From: a virus
Lineage: Duplodnaviria; Caudoviricetes
Strand: one strand, 5' to 3'
IMG/VR virus record: IMGVR_UViG_3300037461_000655
Location: 3,053-67,052 of that record
DNA: 64,000 nt
The notes beneath the pieces were generated by a model. The model was not told the origin of the DNA and did no database searches. It saw only the letters and a list, made by a program, of their open reading frames with translations. How positions within the stretch are numbered: the first letter of the stretch is position 1; every line of letters starts with the position of its first letter. This document shows positions 1-9,457 of the stretch, one piece after another. The translations under genes were made by a program, and so were the position numbers.

Positions 1-1057
1 CAAGTCCCTTCCGAAGATAGGTGTAATTGGTCTTGCGCGTCTCAGCAAACCACTTGATCCGCTCCATCTGGGCAACACCACAAGCAGCTTGCATGTCCGT
101 CATCTTGAGGTTGAAGCCCAACTCAGAGAACAAATACTTGTCGTCATAGCCAAGCGGCATCCCGCCCACTTGCCAGCCAAACCGTTTCCCACAGACGTTA
201 TCGTGATTTGGGGGACAGACGCATCGCTTCCCCCAGTTGCTTATTGATGCGACGATCTTGTGGAGCACTGAATTATCTGTGTAAACTGCACCCCCCTCGC
301 CCGTGGTGATTGTGTGGGCTGGGAAGAATGACAGCGTAGCGAGGTCACCCAGCACACCCACAGGAACACCGTCATACTTAGAGGTCATTGCATCGCAGGT
401 ATCATTGATGACCCAAAGAAAGTGCTCTTGCGCGATCTTCATGATGCGTGCCATATCACACGGATTGCCCAGGGTGTGGTCCAGCATGAGGGCCTTTGTG
501 TGTGGACCAATCGCATCGGCAACCTTTTCTGGATCAATGGTGTAGTAGGGCAGCTTGGCATCCACAAACACCGGTACGAGTCCACACTGGAGGAGGGGAT
601 TGACTGTGGTGGGGAAGCCCACAGCAGAGCAGATCACCTCATCGCCAGGGATAAGTGCTCGATAACCAAGGCTTGGCGACATGAGCGCAGCAACCGCCAA
701 CAGATTTGCAGACGATCCTGAATTGCAGGTTGTCACGTAGTCTGTACTTAGATACTCACCAAGTCGCTTCTCAAAGATAGGGTTCCACTTCCCTGTGCTG
801 GTGAGGTCCAGTGCGACTGCTGCTTCAACCATGTTCAAAGCTTCCTGCACACCCACCATCTTGCCTGTGCACGGGATATAAGTCTCCCCTGGCGTAAACT
901 TCTTGGCGCTAACCTTGTGCGAAACATAACTATCCACTAGTGCCAGGATCGCCGGGAGCAAATCTGGTCCACTACGAACATAGCGCAATGACGGATCAGC
1001 TTCAGCGAGATGCTCCGCGCTGATCTCAAGCTCGGATGCGATGGGTTTCTCGTTCAT
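1..1057 (-). CDS. rfbH: RfbH/DdhC-like CDP-4-keto-6-deoxy-D-glucose 3-dehydrase (E1; DegT/DnrJ PLP/PMP fold), 3' end truncated by the window edge
   Basis: Missing from the ORF track; translated by hand from ATG 1057 (ATGA overlap with the upstream stop), open to the edge. Motifs: CNSGSSANLLA, GFPTTVNP, HTLGNP, SFFPAHTITTGEGG (His at the aminotransferase Lys position, as in E1), Fe-S motif WGKRCVCPPNHDNVCGKRF, GFNLKMTDMQAACG. Confidence 0.9.
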   Translation of the reverse strand, partial: MNEKPIASELEISAEHLAEADPSLRYVRSGPDLLPAILALVDSYVSHKVSAKKFTPGETYIPCTGKMVGVQEALNMVEAAVALDLTSTGKWNPIFEKRLGEYLSTDYVTTCNSGSSANLLAVAALMSPSLGYRALIPGDEVICSAVGFPTTVNPLLQCGLVPVFVDAKLPYYTIDPEKVADAIGPHTKALMLDHTLGNPCDMARIMKIAQEHFLWVINDTCDAMTSKYDGVPVGVLGDLATLSFFPAHTITTGEGGAVYTDNSVLHKIVASISNWGKRCVCPPNHDNVCGKRFGWQVGGMPLGYDDKYLFSELGFNLKMTDMQAACGVAQMERIKWFAETRKTNYTYLRKGL

Positions 1058-2364
1058 TTTGTACTCCCAAGATCAGCATCATTGATGAAGTCGTAGCGAC
1101 CCTGCTCCATGGCCTCGCACATGTCCGGATAGCGATTGCAGAAGCTGCATGTCGGATAATAGGGCTGATGGATATAAGTCCTGAGCCTCTCTCGTAGATC
1201 TGGAGCATCAATGTCAAGTCGATCCATCCCTGGATCAACCAATCCGATATTATGAAGCGCGACGCCCAGGTCACAAGGATAAATCTTCCCATTGCAAGCT
1301 TGAAGATTGCGGGGTGGCATGACACACGTTTCCTTGTCATACAGCATCTCACCAACGCTCTTCTTGCGATCATAGAGCGTGCTTGGCTTCACCCATTTCA
1401 ACATAGGATTGCCCAATGTGTAGGAAAGCCCCATGCTCTTTACGATTTCCACATTGGTATGGAACACCTCAAGCTGCCGTTCACTCAACACGCGCTGGTA
1501 ATTCCCGAAGTTGATGCTCAACCGTGGATCTCGGAAATACTCCAGCTTCCAAGGGTAGAGGGGAACCGTGCCAGAAGTAGGGAAGGATGCTAGTCCGAAG
1601 TTGTCGCACTCCGACAGTGCCTTGGCGATGAGATGAATTTCGGGATGCGCGAAGGTTTCTCCACCCATTACCGATACACCACCGATGCTATCGCATGCGC
1701 CGAGCCATGCCTTGATGTCCTTGCAGACCCGTTCAGTGGGATAGTTTACCTGACGATCCTTGGGGTAGCTGTTGATGTACTGAACGCAGTACTTGCAATT
1801 CAACGTACAGAGCGAGTTGACAATCACGCAGACATAGGTGAGGTCGATCCGAGGTCCTGGTTTAGGCTCAGTGCGTGCAGCTACGATGTTGCCCAGCCGT
1901 TCGCAACATATAAATCTACAGGAAAGCGGATCAATACACTTCGAAGCCTTCACACCAGTCTTGGACGAAAAAGGGCACATGGCGCCCATGTAGAGATACT
2001 CACCCTTGATGGCATTACTGAACCCAGCTTGGCGCAGTTGCTCCCATAGATTTGACTTCACGACATTGTTATTGATTGCCAAAATCACAACCGTTTCGGC
2101 AGGGTTCCAGTCACCCGTGAAAGGTTTCCGAACAATGGACCCATTCAAGCTCTTGAGCTCATCAGCACGTTCGTCCCAATAGCACGTCACGCCAATTTTC
2201 TTCTGGGTCAAGTAATCACCGATCTCCGCACCAAAGTTCGCGGCACCGAAGATGATCACATGGGGGAATGAATTGATGTATTCAAGGAGCCCTTCGGGAT
2301 CAGGGTGATTGTCAGGCTGTAGGGCTTTGGCGTAGAAGGTATCAAGATCAAAGGACAGAGGCAT
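1054..2364 (-). CDS. Radical SAM protein with N-terminal Rossmann-like (PglD_N-like) domain and Cys-rich C-terminus
   Basis: CxxxCxxC motif CTLNCKYC, GGE motif (VMGGETF), C-terminal C...NGKIYPC...CSFC; N-terminal VIIFGAANFG. Confidence 0.8.
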   Translation of the reverse strand: MPLSFDLDTFYAKALQPDNHPDPEGLLEYINSFPHVIIFGAANFGAEIGDYLTQKKIGVTCYWDERADELKSLNGSIVRKPFTGDWNPAETVVILAINNNVVKSNLWEQLRQAGFSNAIKGEYLYMGAMCPFSSKTGVKASKCIDPLSCRFICCERLGNIVAARTEPKPGPRIDLTYVCVIVNSLCTLNCKYCVQYINSYPKDRQVNYPTERVCKDIKAWLGACDSIGGVSVMGGETFAHPEIHLIAKALSECDNFGLASFPTSGTVPLYPWKLEYFRDPRLSINFGNYQRVLSERQLEVFHTNVEIVKSMGLSYTLGNPMLKWVKPSTLYDRKKSVGEMLYDKETCVMPPRNLQACNGKIYPCDLGVALHNIGLVDPGMDRLDIDAPDLRERLRTYIHQPYYPTCSFCNRYPDMCEAMEQGRYDFINDADLGSTK

Positions 2365-3433
2365 AGAGCACCGTTTCGGAGTAATCGTGGTGATGGTGGC
2401 GGAGATAGATCTTGTACTCAGGCACTAGCTCATGGAGGTATTGAGGGATCAGCCAGAGGTCCGTCATTTTGTGGTAAACACAGATGGCCAGGTCGGGCTT
2501 GTGGGTCTTAATGGCCTCTTTCGCACCTTTGAGCATCTCCAACTCAAAGCCTTCAATGTCGGCCTTAATGAACGTCACAGATCGACCTTGGAGATAGTCA
2601 TCGAGTGAGTAAAGGGGCACCTCTTCGCCCTTGCGTTCTGCGAGATTGTAGAAGCTATTCCCAGCGCCATTAGGATCAGAGTCTTTCATACAGAGATGTA
2701 ATGCACCACTGAATTCACCAAGGCCACCAAACTCAACATCAATTTTATCCATGGGTAGATCAAACTTCTTAGCCACATCCAACTTACGAGTAAGCACTTG
2801 AAGATATAATGCAGGAGTAGGCTCAAATGAAATGATTTTCTCAAACTGACCATTAGTTGCTTCCGCGAACTCCATCATGGTATCACCGGTGTAAGCTCCA
2901 GCATCAATGAAGACGTGGTTCTTCTGTTGGTGTTTCTGAAAGTCCATGCACCAGTACTGCTTGTCCTCTTGCACGATCTTAAAATATGCAGAATCCTGCT
3001 CATAATGAGCACGAAGAACATGGTAGAAAACATCACGAGACCAATCATCAGCGAGCATGTGGTATACGGCATCCAGACGGTGCAACACGGGAGGATAGAT
3101 GAACTCGCCAATCGTAGCAGACTCAAAAAAGTTCAATGTCTTTTTGATTTTTGTCTGAGCTTCTACTGTCTGCACAGCTACCACAACGTAAGCACCCAGC
3201 GGAATCCGTTTTGGTGAAAATACAGGAAGCCCATGAAACACCGTCCCATGCTTACTAAGATTATCATCTATAAAGCCGATCACTTTATAACCTAGATCAC
3301 GTAATGTGAAGTAGGCATATTTCCCACGGTCACCCGCGCAATAAACTACCATGGGCTGGTCAGGGAAATGGTAAGGCGGACGATTCTTGTGGATGTGTTC
3401 TTTCAGCTCATCCCAGCGCTTTTCAATGTTCAT
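2348..3433 (-). CDS. FkbM-family SAM-dependent methyltransferase with N-terminal Rossmann-like domain
   Basis: VFIDAGAYTGDT, IISFEP, FIKADIEGFE, KPDLAICVYH motifs; start moved to ATG 3433 (ATGA overlap with the GT2 stop). Confidence 0.9.
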   Translation of the reverse strand: MNIEKRWDELKEHIHKNRPPYHFPDQPMVVYCAGDRGKYAYFTLRDLGYKVIGFIDDNLSKHGTVFHGLPVFSPKRIPLGAYVVVAVQTVEAQTKIKKTLNFFESATIGEFIYPPVLHRLDAVYHMLADDWSRDVFYHVLRAHYEQDSAYFKIVQEDKQYWCMDFQKHQQKNHVFIDAGAYTGDTMMEFAEATNGQFEKIISFEPTPALYLQVLTRKLDVAKKFDLPMDKIDVEFGGLGEFSGALHLCMKDSDPNGAGNSFYNLAERKGEEVPLYSLDDYLQGRSVTFIKADIEGFELEMLKGAKEAIKTHKPDLAICVYHKMTDLWLIPQYLHELVPEYKIYLRHHHHDYSETVLYASVL

Positions 3434-4641
3434 AGTGGGAACTCCTTCCAATGGAAAATAGGCACCTCGGTATTGGCGCGCCGAAGACGTGCTTCAATCT
3501 GTTCTTTAGGACGACGTTCACTGGAGATAAGTACCACGTCAACATTGTGATCACAGAGCCACTCCGTGGGATAAATATGAATGCCGGACATGCGGCTACC
3601 TTGGCGCTTTACGTTATCGTCCAAGAAGCAAATCACTTTTGCTGCAGAAACAATGCAATCCTCTGCGAGGAGGTAACTGTTCAAAAACGACCCAAAGATC
3701 GCTACGGTCTTCCCCCTAAGGGAATGTGTCCTCCCATCAGGGATTGCAGGAAGACTGTATTCGGGTGGATACTGTGCTTCAACTTCTGCCAATTCGCTTA
3801 GTAGCTTTGCTGTTGGTTGATCTTTGGTCAGTGCATCTAATACACGATGCCGTAGCAAAGATGCACGGACCATCGGAACTACATCCAGCTTTCCCATGAT
3901 CTTACACATGCTCAACATCTCCTCATGCAGCGCGATGTCACTAGGTGTTATATCCAGCTGGAACGTTTCTGAGCCGGTGTGCACACGATAGTCAATCAGC
4001 GGCTCTGCAATGTAACCAACCCACCCATACATATTGCACTGGCATACCGTGAAGATATCGCCCAGTGGGCCAATGTGCACAGGCGGAGCACCACCTCCCC
4101 ATGGATGGCATTCTGCCTTAGCGCGGATTGGTGGAACGGCGGAAACTCGGATCATGTGCGTTGAGCATTTAATATGGAACCGCTCTTTCATATAAGCTTG
4201 GATGTACTCCCCTTGGCGAAAGATAATGTCCTGTGTATTGGTATCCTGACACTCTTGGGTAATGTGTCCATCCTCGTCAATGATCCTCGCATTGGCTCCT
4301 ACCAACGTCATCTCTGGGCACTTCTCCATCATTGCAATCTCACGTTCCACGATGGTTGGATGGAGAATATCATCATCATGCGTGTGGAGCACAAACTCAC
4401 CACGGGAGCGACGTAACCCTTCCTCCCATGCCACAGGACTCCCACCATGCACCGCTCGTCGCACATAAACAAGGCGGGGGTCTGTGAAGAGTTTGATGAT
4501 CTCCGAAGTGTTATCTGTGGAGCAATCATCCACCACGACAACCTCAATATCCTTGTAGGTTTGGTTAAGAATCGCCTGGATGCAGCCGTGTAGCATCTTA
4601 GCTCTGTTTCGGGTGGTTACCATCACGCTGACTTTGGGCAT
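3430..4641 (-). CDS. Family 2 glycosyltransferase with C-terminal Rossmann-like domain
   Basis: VSVMVTTRNR, EVVVVDDCSTDNT, HTHDDD (DxD-like), DYRVH; ATG 4641 overlaps the upstream TAA (TAATG). Confidence 0.88.
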   Translation of the reverse strand: MPKVSVMVTTRNRAKMLHGCIQAILNQTYKDIEVVVVDDCSTDNTSEIIKLFTDPRLVYVRRAVHGGSPVAWEEGLRRSRGEFVLHTHDDDILHPTIVEREIAMMEKCPEMTLVGANARIIDEDGHITQECQDTNTQDIIFRQGEYIQAYMKERFHIKCSTHMIRVSAVPPIRAKAECHPWGGGAPPVHIGPLGDIFTVCQCNMYGWVGYIAEPLIDYRVHTGSETFQLDITPSDIALHEEMLSMCKIMGKLDVVPMVRASLLRHRVLDALTKDQPTAKLLSELAEVEAQYPPEYSLPAIPDGRTHSLRGKTVAIFGSFLNSYLLAEDCIVSAAKVICFLDDNVKRQGSRMSGIHIYPTEWLCDHNVDVVLISSERRPKEQIEARLRRANTEVPIFHWKEFPL

Positions 4642-5726
4642 TACTTCACTCCCTTCTTCAAAGGCATTCCGAAGCTCGCGCACCATGCGGAAAATTCGTT
4701 ATACCGACATAAATAATTCCGGTTGATCCTATTGACATCAATGCGCTCGAACATCTCACGGATAGACGCCTCGATAACCGCAAGGGGCTCACCAGGCATC
4801 AATGGTATGCCCATATAATCACAGGCGTCGCGTGATCGCATGTCGGTGTTGGTAGTGATCGCAGGAACACCTGCGTTCATCGCAATCACTGACCCATGGC
4901 ACCGAGTTCCCACCATGCAGTGACAATGCTTAGAAATGTGCCGCTTCCATTCATCAGGGTTCATGAAGAAGTGTGTGAGTCCTCCCAGGTAAGCATCTGA
5001 GGTTGGATTATGGAGTTGGCAAATTAGGTTCATGTCATCGTCACCTTGCACATAGTGATGAACGCGCTCGGTTATGGGCTCATAGACCATCTTACCATTC
5101 AACCCTATCCGCAAGGTTTTGCCTTCATCCTGGAGGAACGGTTGTCGGATGAGCCTACCTGGCCCCATTTCGAAATTACTAGGACAGCCTACAGCCTTCA
5201 CATTGGTTAGCCCTGCATCGCACAGGATGCGCTCAGTGATATGTCCACGTGTCCCGATGCTGAAAGCTCTATCGCCCAGCAATTCAAATAGGTGCCGCTT
5301 GATGGGTGTGAGTTTGTCCCAAATGGTGGTGTCGTAGGGTTGTGGGAATGGCATAATGGAGTTCGCGCATAAGCTCATCACAATGAGCTTGGTCTTGTGC
5401 GGATCAATCGCTTCTACGTAACGGCTTACGGAGTCGTACCAGTTATCCTCGCCCTCTGGATCTGTGTAATAGGTTTCTCTGAGGTAGTCTTGGAGGACCA
5501 GTATTACATGGCTAATGTCGCACAAGCTTTTCCGGAATCGGAGCAGCTCACGTGAATTACCATTACCAGGGGAGTTGAAAAAGGCTGTATTAGTTTCATT
5601 CAGGCCAAGCAGCTTCTCAATGGAGTAAGCGATGTAGTAGTTTCCACTGTTCCCATTAGTCTCGTTGAACCATAGCGGGTCCAGTGGTGATCGTGTGCTG
5701 AAGTTGCGATTGAGCAGTGCGTACAT
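4641..5726 (-). CDS. Polysaccharide pyruvyl transferase family protein
   Basis: N-terminal GNSGNYYI, SIGTRGHITERIL, VGCPS and VGTRCHGSVIAMNAGVPA patterns; ATG 5726 overlaps the NeuB stop. Confidence 0.65.
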   Translation of the reverse strand: MYALLNRNFSTRSPLDPLWFNETNGNSGNYYIAYSIEKLLGLNETNTAFFNSPGNGNSRELLRFRKSLCDISHVILVLQDYLRETYYTDPEGEDNWYDSVSRYVEAIDPHKTKLIVMSLCANSIMPFPQPYDTTIWDKLTPIKRHLFELLGDRAFSIGTRGHITERILCDAGLTNVKAVGCPSNFEMGPGRLIRQPFLQDEGKTLRIGLNGKMVYEPITERVHHYVQGDDDMNLICQLHNPTSDAYLGGLTHFFMNPDEWKRHISKHCHCMVGTRCHGSVIAMNAGVPAITTNTDMRSRDACDYMGIPLMPGEPLAVIEASIREMFERIDVNRINRNYLCRYNEFSAWCASFGMPLKKGVK

Positions 5727-6799
5727 CACAAACCTCTGTTTTCAATGTGCGCCCGAAGCTTCGGGTCACGTGAGTAATCATTATCCAGATGGCCAATGGT
5801 CAGTGGATCATCCTTACGAAGTGAACGGATCAGCATCTCGCAGGAAAGGTGTTCTCGATTGCAAAGTTGCCCTTTCTGAAGGGGAACAGCCAGATAAAGA
5901 TCGCCTTCTTGGAGCACATGGCCCACTTCGAGGTCCCGCGTGGCATAGGCCCCACGGACCAGCGCATCAAGGTACTCAATCTCTTTACGAGGTGGAAGTC
6001 GCTTTTCGCAGCCTGGTGCACCGCACATCTCCTTGGCCTTGGCCCAAGCTTTGAACCAAGCATCTACTTGATGAGGCAAGGAGCAATAAGGGGAAACTGT
6101 GACACCATCGGCATTTATGTCTACATGGCGTTCATAGGTCCGTGCGCCCTTTGCCACAGCAATCGCAATGCTAGTCTGCCAGTCTGTGTACTCATGAGTG
6201 GAGAGGCCGATAACGTGATCGGGATAGCGATTCCGCAGAAAGTCAATCTGGTTTAGTTCTAGATCTTCATCTGCTGTTGGGTAGAGTGCAACGCAGTGAT
6301 TAATTGCCAAGGGAATGTGACGGTTTTTGAAGAACTTCACCACATTGTCGATATCTGCAAGAGAGGTTCCACCTGTTGAGACAATCACTGGGAGTTTAGT
6401 GGATGCCATCTTGCGGAGTAGTCCCCAATCAGCCACATCAGAAGAGGCAATCTTTAGGACCTCACACCCGATCTCCACCGCAAGTTCGACACTCCGCTCA
6501 TCAAAGCACGTCGCACAGACCATACAGCCCTCTTTGCGAATCGCATCAGCAAAGGTATGATAGGCTTCGCGGGGGAGTTGCGTAGCAGTGATCTTCTTGA
6601 TATAACGGCACTCGCTTGTACAAAAGTCCTTATGCACAAATGTGCTCACATCCCGAAGTTGAAGCTTGATAGCAGCGCGCACACCATTGTAATAGATGAT
6701 CCGCCCGAAGTCTTTGATGATTTTTAGCCCACGGTCTATGCTGCCTAAATGGTTGTTCGCCATCTCCAACACGAAAAGGTCTTCAAAGATTCGGGTCAT
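5726..6799 (-). CDS. neuB: NeuB/SpsE-family nonulosonate (sialic-acid-type) synthase with C-terminal SAF-like domain
   Basis: VLEMANNHLG, AIKLQ, LKIASSD, PVIVSTGG, INHCVALYP, VIGLSTHE, GARTYERH motifs. Confidence 0.88.
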   Translation of the reverse strand: MTRIFEDLFVLEMANNHLGSIDRGLKIIKDFGRIIYYNGVRAAIKLQLRDVSTFVHKDFCTSECRYIKKITATQLPREAYHTFADAIRKEGCMVCATCFDERSVELAVEIGCEVLKIASSDVADWGLLRKMASTKLPVIVSTGGTSLADIDNVVKFFKNRHIPLAINHCVALYPTADEDLELNQIDFLRNRYPDHVIGLSTHEYTDWQTSIAIAVAKGARTYERHVDINADGVTVSPYCSLPHQVDAWFKAWAKAKEMCGAPGCEKRLPPRKEIEYLDALVRGAYATRDLEVGHVLQEGDLYLAVPLQKGQLCNREHLSCEMLIRSLRKDDPLTIGHLDNDYSRDPKLRAHIENRGL

Positions 6800-7005
6800 T
6801 TGATTATCTCGTGGGTAGTTTTGACGATGTAGTAGAGATTCGCTTCAGTGCCAGGCATGCCTTCGCAGAGATGAGACAAGGCTGTGCGTGCATCAGTAAG
6901 ATTCCGCGCAGAGTCCCAATACTCTCCAGGGAATGACACGCCTTCGGTGCCTTTATAGATGGCCCATTCTGTGCCTTTTTCTTTTTCATTTCTCCGCCTC
7001 CCCAC
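6796..7005 (-). CDS. Small hypothetical protein, start uncertain (possibly frameshifted)
   Basis: Ends in an ATGA overlap with neuB. The ATG at 6989 with the best RBS (GGGGAGG) is in another frame. Confidence 0.4.
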   Translation of the reverse strand: MGRRRNEKEKGTEWAIYKGTEGVSFPGEYWDSARNLTDARTALSHLCEGMPGTEANLYYIVKTTHEIIK

Positions 7006-7048
7006 AGAAAACGAATGCGTAATTTATTCATAGCCCTTCCTGAAAATC

Positions 7049-7288
7049 TTACGACCCCGACCGTGACCGCGACCACGACCACGACCACGACCGCGACCAC
7101 GACCGCGACCACGACCACGACCACGACCGCGACCACGACCACGACCCCGACCGTGGCAACGCCCATGACCGCGACCGCGACCGCGACCGCGACCGCGACC
7201 ACGACCACGACCGCGACCGCGACCGTGACCGTGACCGTGACCGCGACCGTACTATGCTAACTCTACTACTTGCCATAGCAACCAACAT
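7049..7288 (-). CDS. Ser/Arg/Trp dipeptide-repeat protein (SRSRSWSWSRS...)
   Basis: ATG 7288 overlaps the upstream TGA (TGATG); open frame to TAA 7049; same strand as the surrounding operon. Confidence 0.6.
   Translation of the reverse strand: MLVAMASSRVSIVRSRSRSRSRSRSRSWSWSRSRSRSRSRSWALPRSGSWSWSRSWSWSWSRSWSRSWSWSWSRSRSGS
7052..7249. repeat. Hexanucleotide tandem repeat, minus-strand unit TC(G/A)-(C/T/G)GG, about 33 units with one interruption
   Basis: Directly visible cgacca/cgaccg/tgaccg run. Confidence 0.95.
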
Positions 7289-7635
7289 CACTTCACCGTT
7301 TGTGGAAGTGCATGCTTCCACTCTACGGCATCTACAATGCTCCCTAATGACACTATGGCTTGCCCGTACACCGGTTCAACTTCGTTGAGCTTGCCGTCGC
7401 GGATCGCTTCATTATAGCGCCCCGTGTCAGCGATCCACGCCGCAGAATCTAGAACGAGAAAGCCGCCTTGCGTTGTCACGACCTGTCCCGTCCATGTCAT
7501 GGTGACTGTTCGGATGAGGTAGCATTTACCAACATGGAAAGGCGTCGGATTACCAACATCATTCATAGTGGCACCACCCAACCCTTTTAACTCTTTCACT
7601 TGGCCTAGTGTTAGGTCATCGATATTGATGCTCAT
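7288..7635 (-). CDS. Conserved phage hypothetical protein (Sm-like beta fold suspected)
   Basis: MSINIDDLTLGQVKEL...YLIRTVTMTWTG...AAWIADTGR pattern, which I recognise from environmental phages; coupled overlaps at both ends. Confidence 0.7.
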   Translation of the reverse strand: MSINIDDLTLGQVKELKGLGGATMNDVGNPTPFHVGKCYLIRTVTMTWTGQVVTTQGGFLVLDSAAWIADTGRYNEAIRDGKLNEVEPVYGQAIVSLGSIVDAVEWKHALPQTVK

Positions 7636-8294
7636 AGTCCCTCCTTTAGGGGAAATTTGATACGTGGTTCGAAGTTCTGTGCAGGATCAACTAGAACTTC
7701 AATCAACACAGGGCCAGGCCACTCCTCCAGCGCGTCTGCCAAGTCGTCTTCGTCCTCCACCAGTTCATACCGTAAGCCGTAAGCCTGAGCAAGCAACTCG
7801 AAGTCAGGGAAACCCACACCCGATTCAAGCCCTATACCGGCATAGTGACCACCGAAAAAGCGATCTTGGGTTTGTCGAATGCTCACATAGCCTGAATTGT
7901 TTAGCACAAAGATCGTTATGGGCAGATCATTGTGTGCGATAGTAGCGAGATCCCCCACGCTCATCTGGAGCGAGCCATCCCCCTCAATCAGGATCACACG
8001 CTGACCTGGCTTCGCGCCCCGTGCCGCTCCAATGGCTGCGCCCACGCCCCAGCCCATCGCAGAGCTTCCACCGTTGGTGTAGAGGCGCTGGCCCTCTTTG
8101 ATCTTCGCGGCCTGGAACGTTGCAACGGTGGCGGTTCCATTCGCACAAACGATGATGGTGTCCTCACGCAGCTGGTCGAAGAGCTGTGCCATGAAGGCGT
8201 AGGGATTCAGCCTCGGTGTATCGTGGTACTCAGGCAGGATAACGGGGTATTTTGCCTGCCATTCGTAGCACTGAGCGAGCCATGTTGGATTCAT
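7632..8294 (-). CDS. TPP-binding C-terminal domain of an acetolactate-synthase-like (YerE-like) enzyme, second half of a split gene
   Basis: SAMGWGVGAAIGA and the TPP/Mg motif EGDGSLQM...VLNNSGY; RBS GGGAGGAGG before ATG 8294. Confidence 0.88.
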   Translation of the reverse strand: MNPTWLAQCYEWQAKYPVILPEYHDTPRLNPYAFMAQLFDQLREDTIIVCANGTATVATFQAAKIKEGQRLYTNGGSSAMGWGVGAAIGAARGAKPGQRVILIEGDGSLQMSVGDLATIAHNDLPITIFVLNNSGYVSIRQTQDRFFGGHYAGIGLESGVGFPDFELLAQAYGLRYELVEDEDDLADALEEWPGPVLIEVLVDPAQNFEPRIKFPLKEGL

Positions 8295-8307
8295 GATTCC
8301 TCCTCCC

Positions 8308-9456
8308 CTAAGTTTGCACAAGAGGGTGATACTCTTGCGCGGTCTTTCCAAAGGTGCTCGCTATAGCACTATGCGCTGTTCGGGGTTGAGGATCACCAAG
8401 AGAACCGTCCGGATGCATCAACCTGATTTCCGGATGCACTCTCAGAAAATAGGTTTTATATTCACCATCTGGCTCCGGTGTAGAGTTAATGACTTCTACC
8501 ATAAGCATGGGCTCATCATCTTTAAAACGTCGTTCCCACAGTTTGCCGGTCTCATCTTCATGCAATAGTGTGGAGCCAGAATCTGTCAAGAAACGAGATT
8601 GCCCATAACGCTCAATCATAACACGGCGGACTTCTACGTTCTTCTCTTTTAGCACATCACTACAAGTGATCATCTCTGGATTTTCAATAATCTTGGCCGG
8701 GACACGTACACCCTTGTAGGCGAATACGGCATAACCGTCTGAGAATGCGAGTGCAGGGCCGGTCTCGCAATGTAATAGGTTGCGTTCATTCTGGTGGATT
8801 TCGGTAGGGCGATCACAAATAAAACAGATGCCATCGAGAGCATAAATCCACCCACAGGACCGCGTTAGCCGTTCCCATTGAGACAATAGCGCTCGATCCT
8901 CATTGGAGAACATGGGGTGTATGAAGCGATCTGGGAATGTGTAATAGCTAATCCATGCGATGTCCCACTGTCCCCAGGAAAAAGCATCAACCCATTCGAT
9001 TTTCATGTCCCCAAGGTTGGCCCAAAGGTTGTCCCGAAGGTTGTCCTGAAGGTTGTCCCCAAGGTTGTCCTGAAGGTTGTCCCCAAGGTTGTCCACAAGG
9101 TTGTCCTGAAGGTTGGCCCGAAGGTTGTCCACAAGGTTGTCCACAAGGTTGTACCAAAGGTTGTCCCAAAGGTTGGCCTAAAGGTTGTCCCCAAGGTTGT
9201 CCTGAAGGTTGGCCACAAGGTTGGCCAATTTCCCGCTTCGCAAGATATTGATTTCAAGTTGTGCCTGGAAAGGCGATTGGCAGAGAAAAAATTTAGGTGT
9301 TGGTTTCCCAATGCGTCGATAAAAATCTGTCAATACCTCTACGGATGCTTGGGCATCCATCTTGTCAGTGGATAACCCGATTTTAAGACATTCGTCTCTC
9401 CAGGAAACCATTCGTGTTTCCTGCTCCAAAGTGAGGGATAATATTTTCTTCTTCAT
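8308..9456 (-). pseudogene. DUF6745-like phage protein with a tetrapeptide repeat, interrupted by an in-frame TAG at 9178-9180
   Basis: Track ORFs 9178..9492 and 8308..9144 are in the same frame, separated by one TAG. C-terminal features: CGWIY, LHCETGPALAFSDG, NVEVRRVMIERYG, VEVINSTPEPDG...YFLRV. Confidence 0.75.
9007..9226. repeat. 12-bp tandem repeat, 18 units, minus-strand consensus NNG-G(A/C)C-AAC-CTT (x-D/A-N-L)
   Basis: aaggtt recurs exactly every 12 nt from 9013 to 9217. Confidence 0.97.
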
Positions 9457-9457
9457 G

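Noticed and set aside
6804-7260. Thr-rich (plus strand, 7015..7260) and Val/Ala-rich (6804..7208) ORFs
   Set aside because: Shadow frames of the hexamer repeat; only the Ser/Arg/Trp frame is coupled to the operon.
9178-9180. Genome-wide TAG reassignment (alternative genetic code)
   Set aside because: TAG ends many core genes at their expected lengths (34842, 35835, 36928, 37806, 39217, 41188), and no suppressor tRNA is visible.
8917-9375. Several overlapping repeat ORFs (PKVV, GCPQ, TTFG and GQPS frames) and a possible CRISPR array
   Set aside because: Alternative frames of the 12-bp repeat; the units are contiguous with no unique spacers and there are no cas genes.
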